Made by a program: the position numbers and the translations under genes
Assembly (NCBI GenBank): GCA_951406725.2
Contig: OX597827.1
Coordinates: forward strand, 37,014,001 to 37,078,000
DNA: 64,000 bases
Origin: Octopus vulgaris
Lineage: Eukaryota
Direction of reading: 5' to 3'
Notes under the pieces: generated by a model
Databases searched by the model: none
What the model saw: only the letters and a program-made list of their open reading frames with translations
What the model was told of the DNA's origin: nothing
Shown here: in pieces, positions 25,109 to 37,409 of the stretch
How the letters are laid out: every line of letters begins with the position of its first letter
Position numbering within the stretch: position 1 is the stretch's first letter

Positions 25109-25530
25109 TAGTGTGTGTATGTATGTTTTGATTCCAAGAACATTGTTTTGGTGCGCTTTAATATAATGTTGTAAAAACAGTGGTGTTGTTTTAATGAAGA
25201 AGGTGTGTATGGTGGTGGTGATGATAAACATTGGTGGTTGGTAAGGCTGGCTGGTTGGCTGGCTAGGTAGCTATGGATGGCGGTAGTGGTGGGAGTTTAG
25301 GAGATGAAAGAAACAAACAAGAAGCAAGAGAAGAAAGGAAAAATAAAACAATGAAAAAATCATTCCTATTTTATTATTGGCTGTAATTTCTAAAAACTTT
25401 GTTGTTCTCACTTCCAAATGAGTTGGGATAGAAAGCAGCGGTGGTGGTGGTCGTGGATGGTGGTTTTGGTGGATGGTGGTGGTGAAGGTGAAAATGTTTC
25501 AAAAATGTATGCTTTCCATCACACACACAC

Positions 25531-25567
<37 letters not shown>

Positions 25568-26646
25568 TACATACAGGACATACAGACAGACTTATGGATT
25601 GATAGTTAGTGAAAAATCAATGGAGAAATGAAGGCTGTATAATAAAACAGAAATTTATTTTAGAAATAAATAATTTTTAACTCGAAAAATAATTAAAAAT
25701 AAAAAACAATAACAACAAAAGTGGAAATAAAATTCTTTAAACAAAAAGTGAAAAATAACAGAAAAATTACCAGAAAATTCTTTAAAACCTTTGCAATAAA
25801 ATGTTTAGCTTGCTTTATTGTTCTTTTCCTGTATGGATATATATATATATATATATATAAATATATATGCATGTCTGTGTATATATTTATGTGTGTGTGT
25901 GGATGTATGCACAGTTTTGATGTGTGTGTATATATACACACATACACAAAGATATCTGCTCACACACTTTTATGTAGACCCTTACCCATTAACACATACA
26001 TACACACTCCCACATTCACCAACCCACTTGTGCATACATGCACACACACACACACAACCCGTATAGACTAAACAGTGAAGATAATGAGCTCACTGTAAAC
26101 TAAATATATAACAGTAGTTCAACTCATTGAAGAGTTGAGTTAATTTAAAAATGTATTTTTTTCTCTATTTCTCAAGGAGAAGGTGTGATGATGGTAGTTG
26201 AAGCAAGCTGTTGTTGCTGTGATGTAGTGGTGGGGATCATTTGTCTTTTTCTTTATTTTGGTTTGTTTCTTGCTTTGTGCTTCTATTGTCATTAGCTCTT
26301 TATGAAATTTGCAACGTTGTTTCAGGGTATACAGACACGTTTATAGACATGCACATACACACATATACTCATGCATATTTACACACATACACATGTATAT
26401 AAGTAAATGCAGTTTGGTCAAATGGTTAAAAGATTTTCTTCATAACCAAGAGGTTTTGATTCAATCCCATTGCTTGATATCATGGACAGTTTTCTTTTGC
26501 TATTATCTCAGAAAACCCCTTGCATATGAATGGAATTAGGTAGATGGAAACTGGAATTCCACTCAACAGGATTTACCTACAGGGCTTGCTTTTAACCTCA
26601 CAGTCAAAAGTAAGCCACGTAACAATATAATTTTGGAAGGACTTAC

Positions 26647-26862
26647 AAGGTGGCAAGCTGGCAGAAACATTAGCATGCCTAGCAAAATGTTTAGTGGCAT
26701 TTCATCTGTCTTTATGTTCTGAGTTCAAATTCTGCTGAGGTCAACTTTACCTTCCATCTTTTTGGGGGTCAATAAATTAAGTACTAGCTGTGTACTAGGG
26801 TCGATGTAATCGACTAGCCCCCTCCTAAAATATTTCAGGCCTTGTGCCTAGAATAGAAAAGA
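26647..26862 (+). mobile_element. SINE family A, near full length
   Basis: aaggtggcaagctggcagaaacattagc..gagttcaaattc..aaattaagtactag..gccttgtgcct. Confidence 0.85.
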
Positions 26863-27130
26863 ATTTTGGAAGGACTTCACCTAGGATTATTTTAATGTAT
26901 TTTTTTTTTGGTGGTGATGGTATTTTTACATCTACCAATGACTGAATGTTTTTGCACCTTCATTTCTAAGAGTCCTAGCAATACATTTCCAACCTGTCAT
27001 ATCTGATGATTGTGTAATTGTTCTCCTCTTTGATAGATTTATTTAGTAAGAACCCCACCTCCAAGGTAACATCTTGGCCATGTACAGAGCTTAATATAAA
27101 ATACTGTTTTGAGAATATGTCTATGTATAC

Positions 27131-27187
<57 letters not shown>

Positions 27188-27322
27188 GAGAGAGAGGGGG
27201 GGGAGAGGGAGAGATAATTATATAGGGTATATATCTCTATATATGTCTTTTACCTAAAAGGCTTTTTATATGCTGGCCACTAATAAAATTAATTAATTTT
27301 AATGGTTTTATTCTTTAATTAT

Positions 27323-27325
<3 letters not shown>

Positions 27326-27371
<46 letters not shown>

Positions 27372-27489
27372 TATACATACATATATATATATATATGTAT
27401 ATATATATGTATATATGTATATATATATATGTATATATATATGTATATATGTATATATATATGTATATATGTATATATATGTATATATT

Positions 27490-27528
<39 letters not shown>

Positions 27529-27557
27529 GTATATATATGTATATATATATGTATATA

Positions 27558-27615
<58 letters not shown>
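27326..27615. repeat. Long (TA)n/(TATATG)n microsatellite
   Basis: Read directly from the sequence. Confidence 0.95.
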
Positions 27616-27617
<2 letters not shown>

Positions 27618-28009
27618 TAGGTAGACAGACAGAGAGAGAAAAAGAGAGATGTATTCTTTCTTTCTTTCCCACCATCTTTCCTTCTACCCCATTCTTTTCC
27701 TTTTTTTTTCTTTCCATTCAATGATAAAAGGTAACATCTGAAATACTGAACTCTTTCCCTTGCTTTTAAGCGTTAAACTAATAACACCTTTCTTAAAACT
27801 TGTCCTTCGTTTAAGAAACAGATTGGGTTTATTTACATTTGTGAAGAAAAAAAGATACCTTAACCCTAACCCTAACTAACCGTAAAATAGATTGAAATGC
27901 AATAGATCGATACTAGAGTCATAATTATAGGTGACAATTTCATATGACACCGCTAGAAAAAACTGCCGTTCAAACCGAAAAGATCCGGCATTTGTTGGGT
28001 CAGGGATAG

Positions 28010-28460
28010 TAGAATAAACTTCACTAAAATGCAAAGCAGTGATTGAACTTCAAAACATGTGGTTGCAATGCAAATCTTTTAACCACACCACCATACCTGC
28101 ACCTGATTATATTATGTGTATGTATGTGTGTGTATGTATGTATGTGTGTGTATGTGTGTGTGTATAGATAGATGTGAGTGAATTTGGTGGACAGAAACTG
28201 AAAGAAGCCTGCTGTATGTATATATATAAGTGTGAGTATGTGTCTTCATGTCTGTGTTTATCCCCCACCACCACTTCACAGCCATTGCTGATATGCTTAC
28301 CTCCCTGTAACTTAGCTGTTTGGCAAAAGTGTCTGATAGAATAAGTACTAGGCTTAATAAAAAATAAGTTCAAGGGTTATTTCATTCAACTAAATATTCT
28401 TCAAGCTGGTGTCCCAGCATGGCCACAATCAAATAACTGAAACAAGTAAAAGATAAAAGA
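28010..28460. mobile_element. Two divergently oriented SINE fragments (family B)
   Basis: Minus-strand tRNA-like head at 28010-28105; plus-strand body and tail at 28170-28460, homologous to 49505-49890. Confidence 0.65.
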
Positions 28461-29119
28461 TAGATAGTTAGATAGATATTTTTCTTCATAGTTATTCAGA
28501 TATAATACCTAGAATGTTATAGATATATGAATATTTATTTCTATTTACTATCTTTTAGCTATTCAAAATTACATGGCATCGGTCCCAACAGACCAACACA
28601 CCAACAATTCCCCAACCATCATCACAATCATTTTAATTCCCCGCTTTCTCACCCTCGCACTATACTACTCACCTCTTTCATCATTAGATGAAACATATTA
28701 TTGTTCTAATGAAGGTATGTTGTCGGACTAATTATGGAATGAACTGAACCTGGTTGTTAGGTAAAGAATGAAGGGGGAGGGAAAGAGTTAGGGTGAAATA
28801 AAGATATTGAAGTATAAGAAGACTATTATTAATGGGAGGGAGGGAACTTGGTATTGATGATGTTGTTGTTAATGATGGTGGTGGCAATGGTAACAGTGAT
28901 GGTAAAGGTGGTGAAAAGGGTGGAGATGATGGTAGTGAGGATAATGGTGTTGATGGTGGTGTTGATCTTAGTGTTGGTGATGGTGATGATGGTAGTGATG
29001 ATAATGGTGGTGTCTTATCGACTGATTGATTCGTGGGTTTTTTCTTTGATGTAGTTGATTCTATTATTTTTCTTATTTATTTTGTCCCACCTTCTTTCTT
29101 CCTTTTTAGCAAGATTTTT

Positions 29120-29141
29120 TCATCACATCATCACCATTATC

Positions 29142-29175
<34 letters not shown>

Positions 29176-29209
29176 ATATATTTATAATAATAACAATAAT
29201 AATATTAAT

Positions 29210-29298
<89 letters not shown>

Positions 29299-29315
29299 TA
29301 ATAATGATAATAATG

Positions 29316-29364
<49 letters not shown>

Positions 29365-29365
29365 G
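29120..29365. repeat. (CAT)n + (AAT)n microsatellite
   Basis: Read directly from the sequence. Confidence 0.95.
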
Positions 29366-29870
29366 TTCTAATCCAATTGCAGTTTTATCTTCACCTTTCA
29401 TCTTTTCTGTATCGATAAAAATAAAGTACTTGGGATGATATACTTGACTATGCTCTTTCCTCTAAAACATTTATAGCAATGTACCAATGTTACAAATCAA
29501 CATCATCTTCGTTATCATCATCATCATCATCATTTTCTATTGAATTATTGGAAATTGTTATGCATTGTACCAACTGTTTTAAAATAGTCAGTTCTGAGTT
29601 CTAATCCTGCTCAGGTTCAGTGTATCTTTCTTAATACTTCTTGGGACCTTTTCCATAGAAATGAGTAACAAACATATATCAATGTTAGTCAGTTGATTGT
29701 GTCTCTAACAGACATATACCAAACTAGATATGGATTTACAACATTGAAATGTCAAGTAATGCTGGGCTGAGTTAACCTGTGAATAAATACATTTAGCTTT
29801 CATATGAGGTGAATGCTTTCTACATTGATTTGTACATCTACCTGTATGTAATATTATATTTCCATGCATA

Positions 29871-29925
<55 letters not shown>

Positions 29926-30127
29926 TCATATCAAAAGCTTCCCTTTACAATGCAGATACCACCTTAGGTTACCTTTATACCAACAGATACAAAAGTGTTT
30001 TACTTTGCTTGAAGCATTATGGAATATGTAGAGAAAGCAATGTGAAATACAAAGAGAAAGCTATGATACTGGAAATGTTGTTGGAAATTTAAACATCTTT
30101 CGTAACAGCAACAAAAATATTGAAATA

Positions 30128-30502
30128 CTAGCAGTATTGCCTGGCGTTGCTTGGGTTTCTTTCGACCCTTTAGAATTGGAATTTTTGAAAAGCAAAATTT
30201 TGCATTATGTAGCTTGTTTAAGTGAACGGTTGAAATACACCGAAAAATGGCGACACAGCAGTAAAAAAATTGTAAAAAATAGGGATTTTCATAGAAAAAA
30301 AGCACCTTTTTGATGTGAATAATTTTTGGTGTTAACATGGTCCGATTTGAAATTTTTCTTCTACGGAAGGAAGAGCAAGCTTTCTTCTATCATACTCTCA
30401 ATTTTGGTCAACTTGCGCAGCAGGGTCTCGGAGGAGATAGTGTTAGTTGAAGCCTATCGAACCTGCCATACACAGACAACTTCAGCTTTATATATAGAGA
30501 GA
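30128..30502 (-). mobile_element. Non-autonomous Helitron, second family
   Basis: Minus strand: a|TCtctatatataaagctgaagttg ... cccaagcaacgccaggcaatactgCTAG|t. Confidence 0.85.
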
Positions 30503-30538
30503 TTAACTTAGAAATACTTAATTAGTCCTGGTATTTAA

Positions 30539-30751
30539 CCCTTTTAGTATTCAGATTATTATGTGAAATGTAATGCTTATTTATTCATATTGTTTTGTAT
30601 TAAGCATGTATTATTTCATAACTTTGAGATTTTGATGATATGATAGTTTTACTCTTAGAATGACATTGTAGGGTATGTTGGATTTGGTCAGTTTGAACAT
30701 AAAACAAGTAGAATATTTTGGCCAGATTTAACTGGTTTAAATGCTAAAAGG
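30539..30751. mobile_element. piggyBac-type MITE
   Basis: TTAA at 30535-30538 and 30752-30755; TIRs ccc ttttagtattca and taaatgctaaaagg. Confidence 0.7.
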
Positions 30752-31324
30752 TTAATCTGGGATACCTTTTTCAAAAGTGCTAAGCAAAAATGAGAGAAAT
30801 ACATCCATTAGATTGATATGTATGTATGTATGTATGTATGTATGTGTGCGTGCGTGCGTGCATGCGTGCGTGTGTGTGTATGTATGAATGAACGAATGAA
30901 TGGTATTCTAGTCAGACATCATAAAATGAAATAAATGAAACTAAAGGCACAGTCTTCAGCTATGTGATATGCTTTTTCTATTAGTCCAAGCATGCTTCAG
31001 AGTGCAACTTAGCCAATCATTCTGACTAAAGAAAACCATGAAAGAGCTAGTCTGAAATGGGACATGGAAATGAGGCTTAAATGGGGATTGAAACCAAGTT
31101 ACATACTCTCTTCTGCTAGAAGCTTTCTTACTTATTTATAGGCATAAGTTATTACTAACTTCTGTAAGGTTAATCTACGGTAGATAGATAAATAATGGTT
31201 TGTACATCATAGCAGTAATAGTAAGAATAAAAATGATGATTAATAATGATAATGATGATTCTTTTTACTACTACTACTACTACTACCACCACCACCACCA
31301 CTACCACCAATAAAAATAATAATC

Positions 31325-31535
31325 CTTTCTACTTTAGGCACAAAGCCTGAAATCTTGGGGAGGGGCCAGTCGATTAGATCAACCCCAGTATGCAGCTGGT
31401 ACTTAATTTATTGACCCTGAGAGGATGAAAAGCAAAGTCAAACCTGGTGGAATTTGAACTCAGAATGTAAAGACGGATGAAATGCCGCTAAGCATTTTGC
31501 CTGCACGTTCTAATAATTCTGCCAGCTCACCAACT
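31325..31535 (-). mobile_element. SINE family A, near full length
   Basis: Reverse-complement match to 2574 and 26647 (ggtacttaatttattgacc..ggaatttgaactcagaa..tctgccagctcacc). Confidence 0.85.
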
Positions 31536-31570
31536 TACTACTACTACTACTAATAATAATAATGATGATG

Positions 31571-31622
<52 letters not shown>

Positions 31623-32280
31623 TAATAATTATAGTAATAATAATAATAATTGGAATGCTAGACACTGTGAAGATATAATTAATAAGTTTCATTAGATATT
31701 AGGAACTTTAATATTTGAATAGATTTCAAAATGCTTGAAGCTGATAAAAGACTGTTTTCTGCAGAAATAAGTTCTGTTTTTAAACACTAGGTCTCTAGAT
31801 AACATTCTATTATTTGTCCAAGGAGAAAATCTGAAGAATCTCTTATATGTCGAAGAATTGAAGTGTACAGGAAGAGATAAGAAAATGAGTGCAGCGGAAG
31901 AGAAATACTGAGTTTGTGTCAGCCTAGGGCTGTAACAGGGTGTGGGTGCAGGGTGTGGAACTGAGGTCAGTTTGCTTTGATCTTGATTAAATATTGGCTT
32001 TCAAAGAATGTTCTTGGGAGAAATTCAACCACATGGACCGGAAATGATATCTTACTGAAACTTTGATTGGAAAAATGGCTGCTGTAAGTCAAGTTGACAC
32101 ATGTTGCTATGGTGATTATAGTAAAGGGTGTGGTGTTAGAGGGTAGAGAGAGAGAGTTCAAAGTTGATTTGATGTAGCAGTTACTTACTATGCTAAAACT
32201 CTAGCATTAGACAGTGACCTATCCCTAAGTTTGGTGAGAGTAAAGAGAGCATGTCTGTGACCCCTACTGGTGTGTGTGCA

Positions 32281-32334
<54 letters not shown>

Positions 32335-33541
32335 TGTGTATGTGTGTGTGTATGTGTGTGTGTGTGTATTGCTGTTGTCAAGTCGAAAATCAGCCATGAA
32401 TGAGCAGACCATTGGCCAAGATGTTCCAGAAATGACCAACTTACCTGTTTTTTCAAGCAGTGTACTTCCAGGGTCTTATTATCTAATATGCCTTACTTTT
32501 TAAGACAGTAGTATATGATTTCAGGTTGATTTGGTTGCTACTTCTAACAAGTCAAGCAATCTATAGAGCAAGAATTGGAAATTCTTTTAATACTAAGGAT
32601 GAACTGCAATTATTTAATATGTTGGGAACCTCTGTACTGAGAAGATAAAGACTTTTCCAGTTTATAATTTCACAAATATCTAACTTATATCAAATTATTG
32701 CTTTGGCATTAGTGATTAAACTTTTCTTTTCACATGAGTATTTCAAAACTTAATCAAATTTGAATGTGAGAGGTTTTCTGCCCCTGACATATATATTGGC
32801 TTGACCTATATATAGTGGATTTTGAAGCTGTATTACATACATACATATACATACATAGACACACACATATATACTCTCACATGCGTTTTTGAACATACAT
32901 ACAAGTATATACTTACTAATATGTATAAACATACATATATTCATGTGTACATACATACATACATACATACATACATACATACATACATACACAAATCTTG
33001 TTAATAAGCTTTATAAATAATACACTTATAAACTGTTCCTATTTTTTCCACATTTACTGCATTATTTATAAGTGTGGTGCTGAAGAATCTGATAAAACAG
33101 TGGGTCATTGGGTCAATGTCCACAGAAAGATATTCACCTAACATTTACTTCAAGCTAATGAAACACAGTTGGTTGTACTCAACTAACCATCTGGTGAATA
33201 ACAGATGTGATTATACATCTATTATAGTTTTCTTGAAAATTATGGCACACACATACCCACTATGCAAGTCCATATTGTTTTCCAGTTTCTCCAAAGCCAT
33301 ATCCAGAGACAGTAAAAAGAAAATAACTCACAACCTCTAAGGAATGGTCACCCATATTAAGAGAAACATAAATTTGACAAAAATAATTTATCAAAACATT
33401 TTTCATAATTATCTATGTAAATGATTATTTATCTATAAAATCTACAAACAGTGCCTGAATGAGCATTCACTGTGAAGTGCATATGACACATTCATGCATA
33501 CTGCTTTATATATATATATATTAATGAGCTGTATTTATTTA

Positions 33542-33645
33542 TCACCTGATGAGATACATCTGCACGACCAGATGCTCCTGAACAAGTTGTTGAGTGTCCC
33601 ACCCAGGAGAAATCGATGCTAGATGTATTGAAACAATTGTCATGA
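33542..33645 (+). ncRNA. Type I hammerhead ribozyme motif (Penelope pLTR type), slightly decayed
   Basis: tcac-CTGATGA-gatacatct..agatgtatt-GAAA-caattGTC-atga. The two mismatches are consistent with CpG decay. Confidence 0.7.
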
Positions 33646-33674
33646 CTAACAATAAATTCTTGTATATTCCATCT

Positions 33675-33709
<35 letters not shown>

Positions 33710-33739
33710 CAAAATAAGCAACAGGATATCAAGAAGTGA

Positions 33740-33825
33740 TGCAGTACGACCATTTCAAGTGGCTCCATTTAATTGAACAATGCAATCATTACATCAATTT
33801 AAGTGCAGGGCTATCATCAGCTGCA
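33740..33825 (-). ncRNA. Degenerate type I hammerhead motif
   Basis: Minus strand: tgcag-CTGATGA-..aattga..tcaatt..-GAAA-tggtcGTA-ctgca. Stem I is perfect; the base of stem II pairs poorly. Confidence 0.55.
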
Positions 33826-34222
33826 CAAATAAATAGAATTTTAATCAGTTGGACACATTAATATAATTTTTTCTCAATATGTAAACAGAGCAAGAAGATG
33901 GAAGAAATCCATGTTGTTGCTATTGTAGCTAAGAATAGACTACACTTCCAAGAAAGGCATGAAGCTCACTGGGGTCATTACTTGTTAAGGACTGTGGTTC
34001 ATTTCTAATTTATTTGTCTTTTTATCAACTACTAAATCTAAGACTAGAGGACTGTGTCTGTTTGGAATGAAGGGCAAGAGTGAGCTGACAGCTCATGACT
34101 AGGTATGGTCACAAATATTGTCAAGATATTAGTAGTAAATTGGGTGTAAAGTAGCTGTCTATAAAGGAGGCTGGGTAGGGGAAGACCCTATATCATGATG
34201 TTAATTATCAGTTAAAGGGGCA

Positions 34223-34253
<31 letters not shown>

Positions 34254-35629
34254 ATATTTTTATCTAGTTTCAGCTCACGAGCTGTGGCCATGCTGGGGCA
34301 CCGCCTTATATATATGTATATATATATGCATACATATACATATCTATATATATATATATATGTACATATATATATATGTATATACACACACACACACACA
34401 TACACACACACATATATATATATGCATATGTATATATTATATATGTACATGTGTATATGTGTAATGTGAAGCTGGATTATGTTTAATAAATCAGATTGCT
34501 GATTATTAGTGTCTTTTAATAAAAAAGCAGAAACAAACTAGGGAAGCCAAACTCCAAGCTGAAATATGAAATTTACTAAATATTTAAATATTTACTAAAT
34601 GTTTATATTTAGCATGGAAAAGAACAATGCTTGCAATTTACAAATAGCTAAAACGTAACATTCATTTTTGCTAGAAATAAGTCTCTATACATGATTGCTA
34701 AACTTATTCATTTAGATTTTCCTTCTCAAAATTGTATATATCATGTATATATGTATTTTGTGTTACCGTGTGTTTGAGTGTGTGTCTGCTTATGATGTGT
34801 GTGTATGTGTTTCATTTTATGTATTTGTCTTTTGAATGTATGTGTTTCTTTGTGTGTGTGTGGGGGGGTATTTCTGTTTGCACACCTTCTGAATTAGATG
34901 TGCATGTGTACATAAGTGTATGATTTATCTAAGTCTTGTGTGTTTATTTTTGTGCTTATGAGTCTGCATGTATGTATATGTGTATGCATATGTATCATGT
35001 TGCTGCACAAAAGCATTCCTTTCCCTTACCTACCTCAATTTCTTTCTTCCCATCATCCTCCTTATTTCATTTTATTCTTTCACTTCTCTGCTCCCATCGT
35101 AATTCTCTCATTGTTCTTTTCCTCTCCGTCTTCATTGTTTTCTCTCTTGTTTTGGTCCTTTCCTGTTTCCATACTTTAGCCACACAAAGAAGAGATATAT
35201 ACACGAATACCCAGTAAGATTAATAACGTGTGTGTGTTTGAATTATATTATAGTTTGAATGAAGCATCGTGGGATATTTAAAGTTAAAATTGAAGTAATT
35301 CAAAAGCCAATATAATAATGTCAGTTGAAATGCAGGAGTGAAAACAAGTAAACAAAACAGAACAACAATTTGTTACCTTACCATATATTTCTCTATTTTA
35401 GTGTTAATTTCCCGCTCATAAGAAGAACATGGGGGATGGTGTTGAGTTGGTATCTTTTGCTCAAATGAAAGGGAAGTGGGTAGGAAGTTGTAACATACAC
35501 AGACCGCTATAGTTACAACAACCAATCTGTCTTATTCAACTTATCTGTTTTTGATAAATGGTTTCAGTTTATTAAAGAGGAGGATTACGTTGATCCTCAA
35601 ATTGCAAACTGTTACATTCTATTGCTGTA

Positions 35630-35995
35630 TCATCATCATCATCATCATCATCGTTTAACGTCCGCTTTCCATGCTAGCATGAGTTGGACGGTTCAACTGG
35701 GGTCTGGCAAGCCCGAAGGCTGCACCAGGCCAGTCAGATCTGGCAGTGTTTCTACAGCTGGATGCCCTTCCTAACGCTAAGCACTCCGAGAGTGTAGTGG
35801 GTGATTTTATGTGCCACTGACACAGGTACCAGACGAGGCTGGCAGACGGCCATGCTCGGATGGTGTTTTTTATGTGCCACCGACACAGGTGCCAGACGAG
35901 GCTGGCAGATGGCCACGCTCGGATGGTGTTTTTTATGTGCCACTGACACAGGTGCCAGACAAGGCTGGCGAACGGCCACGATTGGATGGTGTTTG
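35630..35995 (-). mobile_element. Young RTE-type 3' UTR fragment with three 62-bp units
   Basis: (CAT)n tail; units ttttatgtgccac..gacacaggt.ccagac.aggctggc..cggccac..ggatggtgt at ~35805, 35867 and 35929. Confidence 0.8.
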
Positions 35996-37363
35996 TTTGT
36001 ATATATATATATATTTATAATAGTATAAAATACATATATTTGAGCTATTTGTATATAATTGTAGCTTTGCATTTGAAGCGGCACAATACTGGGGATTTTT
36101 GTCTTGGAGGTGCTCAGTGAACCAGTCAACCAAGCAGTACACTGTTTGACCAATGCATAGGGAAGAAAAAAGCAGAGCAGAAGATACAGTGGATGACATT
36201 GCTGGAGGTGCAGATAAAAGAGTTGGTGGTGTGGTAGGGCAGGTGGTGGGTGCTGGTGAGGTTAGTAGTGTTGGAGAGGTAGTGGCAGGTGCAACAGCTT
36301 GGAGAAGAGCAGGGGAAAGAGCCAGGTTGGGTATCAGGAGTAGGGAAGAAACTGTGGACCTGAAGGTCATGCAAATTAGTAACTGTTAAGTTCTGTGTAT
36401 GGCATTTCTCTAAGAGTGTTTTTGAATGATGTGTTTGTTTGCATGTGTCCCTCGATGTTGATATAAAGCATTCTGATTGTGCTTCCTATGTAGGAACCAA
36501 TTACATTTACTGCAGACTTTTGGGTATATTACACGTTTGTACTGTTCATGGGGTAGTTGGCCAGTGGGCACATCTTGTTGCTGTCTGTTAGTCAATTTCC
36601 AGACAAAAATTTTCTCAATACATGACCAGAGTACATCTTAGGAAGGACATACCATCTCTAGAAGTGTGGATCTTCCTTTGATGTATAAGAACTTTCTGAC
36701 ATTTGCAAAAAAGATGTTTGCATAGCTATCATTTAGCAGAACCATTTGCAGTCATCTGATGTTAGTGGCCTTATCTGTTGCTTCACTGCACCTGTAGGTA
36801 GCTTTGGCTCTGATGGAAAGGGCTGACTAATAGTGAACAATTAGATCCTGCTGGCCATTTTCCTGTCAGAATTCATATAAATAAATGCTACCTCTCTAAT
36901 CTTGAGTTGGGAATTAAGCAGGGAGAGAGGGAGGGAAAGAGAGAGAGAGAGAGAGAGGAGAAAGAGAAATCCAGTATCACTAGGGTGTTTGATTTCAAAC
37001 TGATGGTCTCCTCCCAAAAGGAAGTCAACATTACCTAGAGAAGACAACGTGGGAGTTGTAGGTGCTAAGTGCACTGCACACTAGTTGGTCAACTTAGGTA
37101 ATAACCAATGGGTTTAAAGAAAAATATCTAGAAATATAAGATAAAGTACAAACTGTTATTTTGTCATCTTTACATCTGTTTCCACTGTTTCAATTGAATT
37201 GTGTGGGCTTTTGAACACACACACATGCACACACACATGCATGCACATATACATGCATAGAAAATACACACTCACCCATGCAGACACACACATATAATCA
37301 TAACCATTGTTTAATGTCTACTATTCTATGTTTGCATGGGTTTAACTCCTATATGTGTGTTTA

Positions 37364-37405
<42 letters not shown>

Positions 37406-37409
37406 CATC

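Noticed and set aside
27302-27721. Long ORFs over (TA)n, and similar ORFs at 15767-16105, 19807-20244, 29033-29438 and 48013-48444
   Set aside because: They are stop-free translations of microsatellites.
27860-27882. Interstitial telomere (taaccc)n
   Set aside because: Only about two units, probably part of an interspersed repeat.
32103-32116. RFX X-box-like gttgctatgg motifs (also ~41378 and ~63165)
   Set aside because: No promoter context, one lies inside a TE remnant, and such matches are expected by chance.
35933-36800. Pro/Thr-rich minus-strand ORFs
   Set aside because: Low complexity with broken frames; possibly a decayed retroelement ORF1, but not classifiable.
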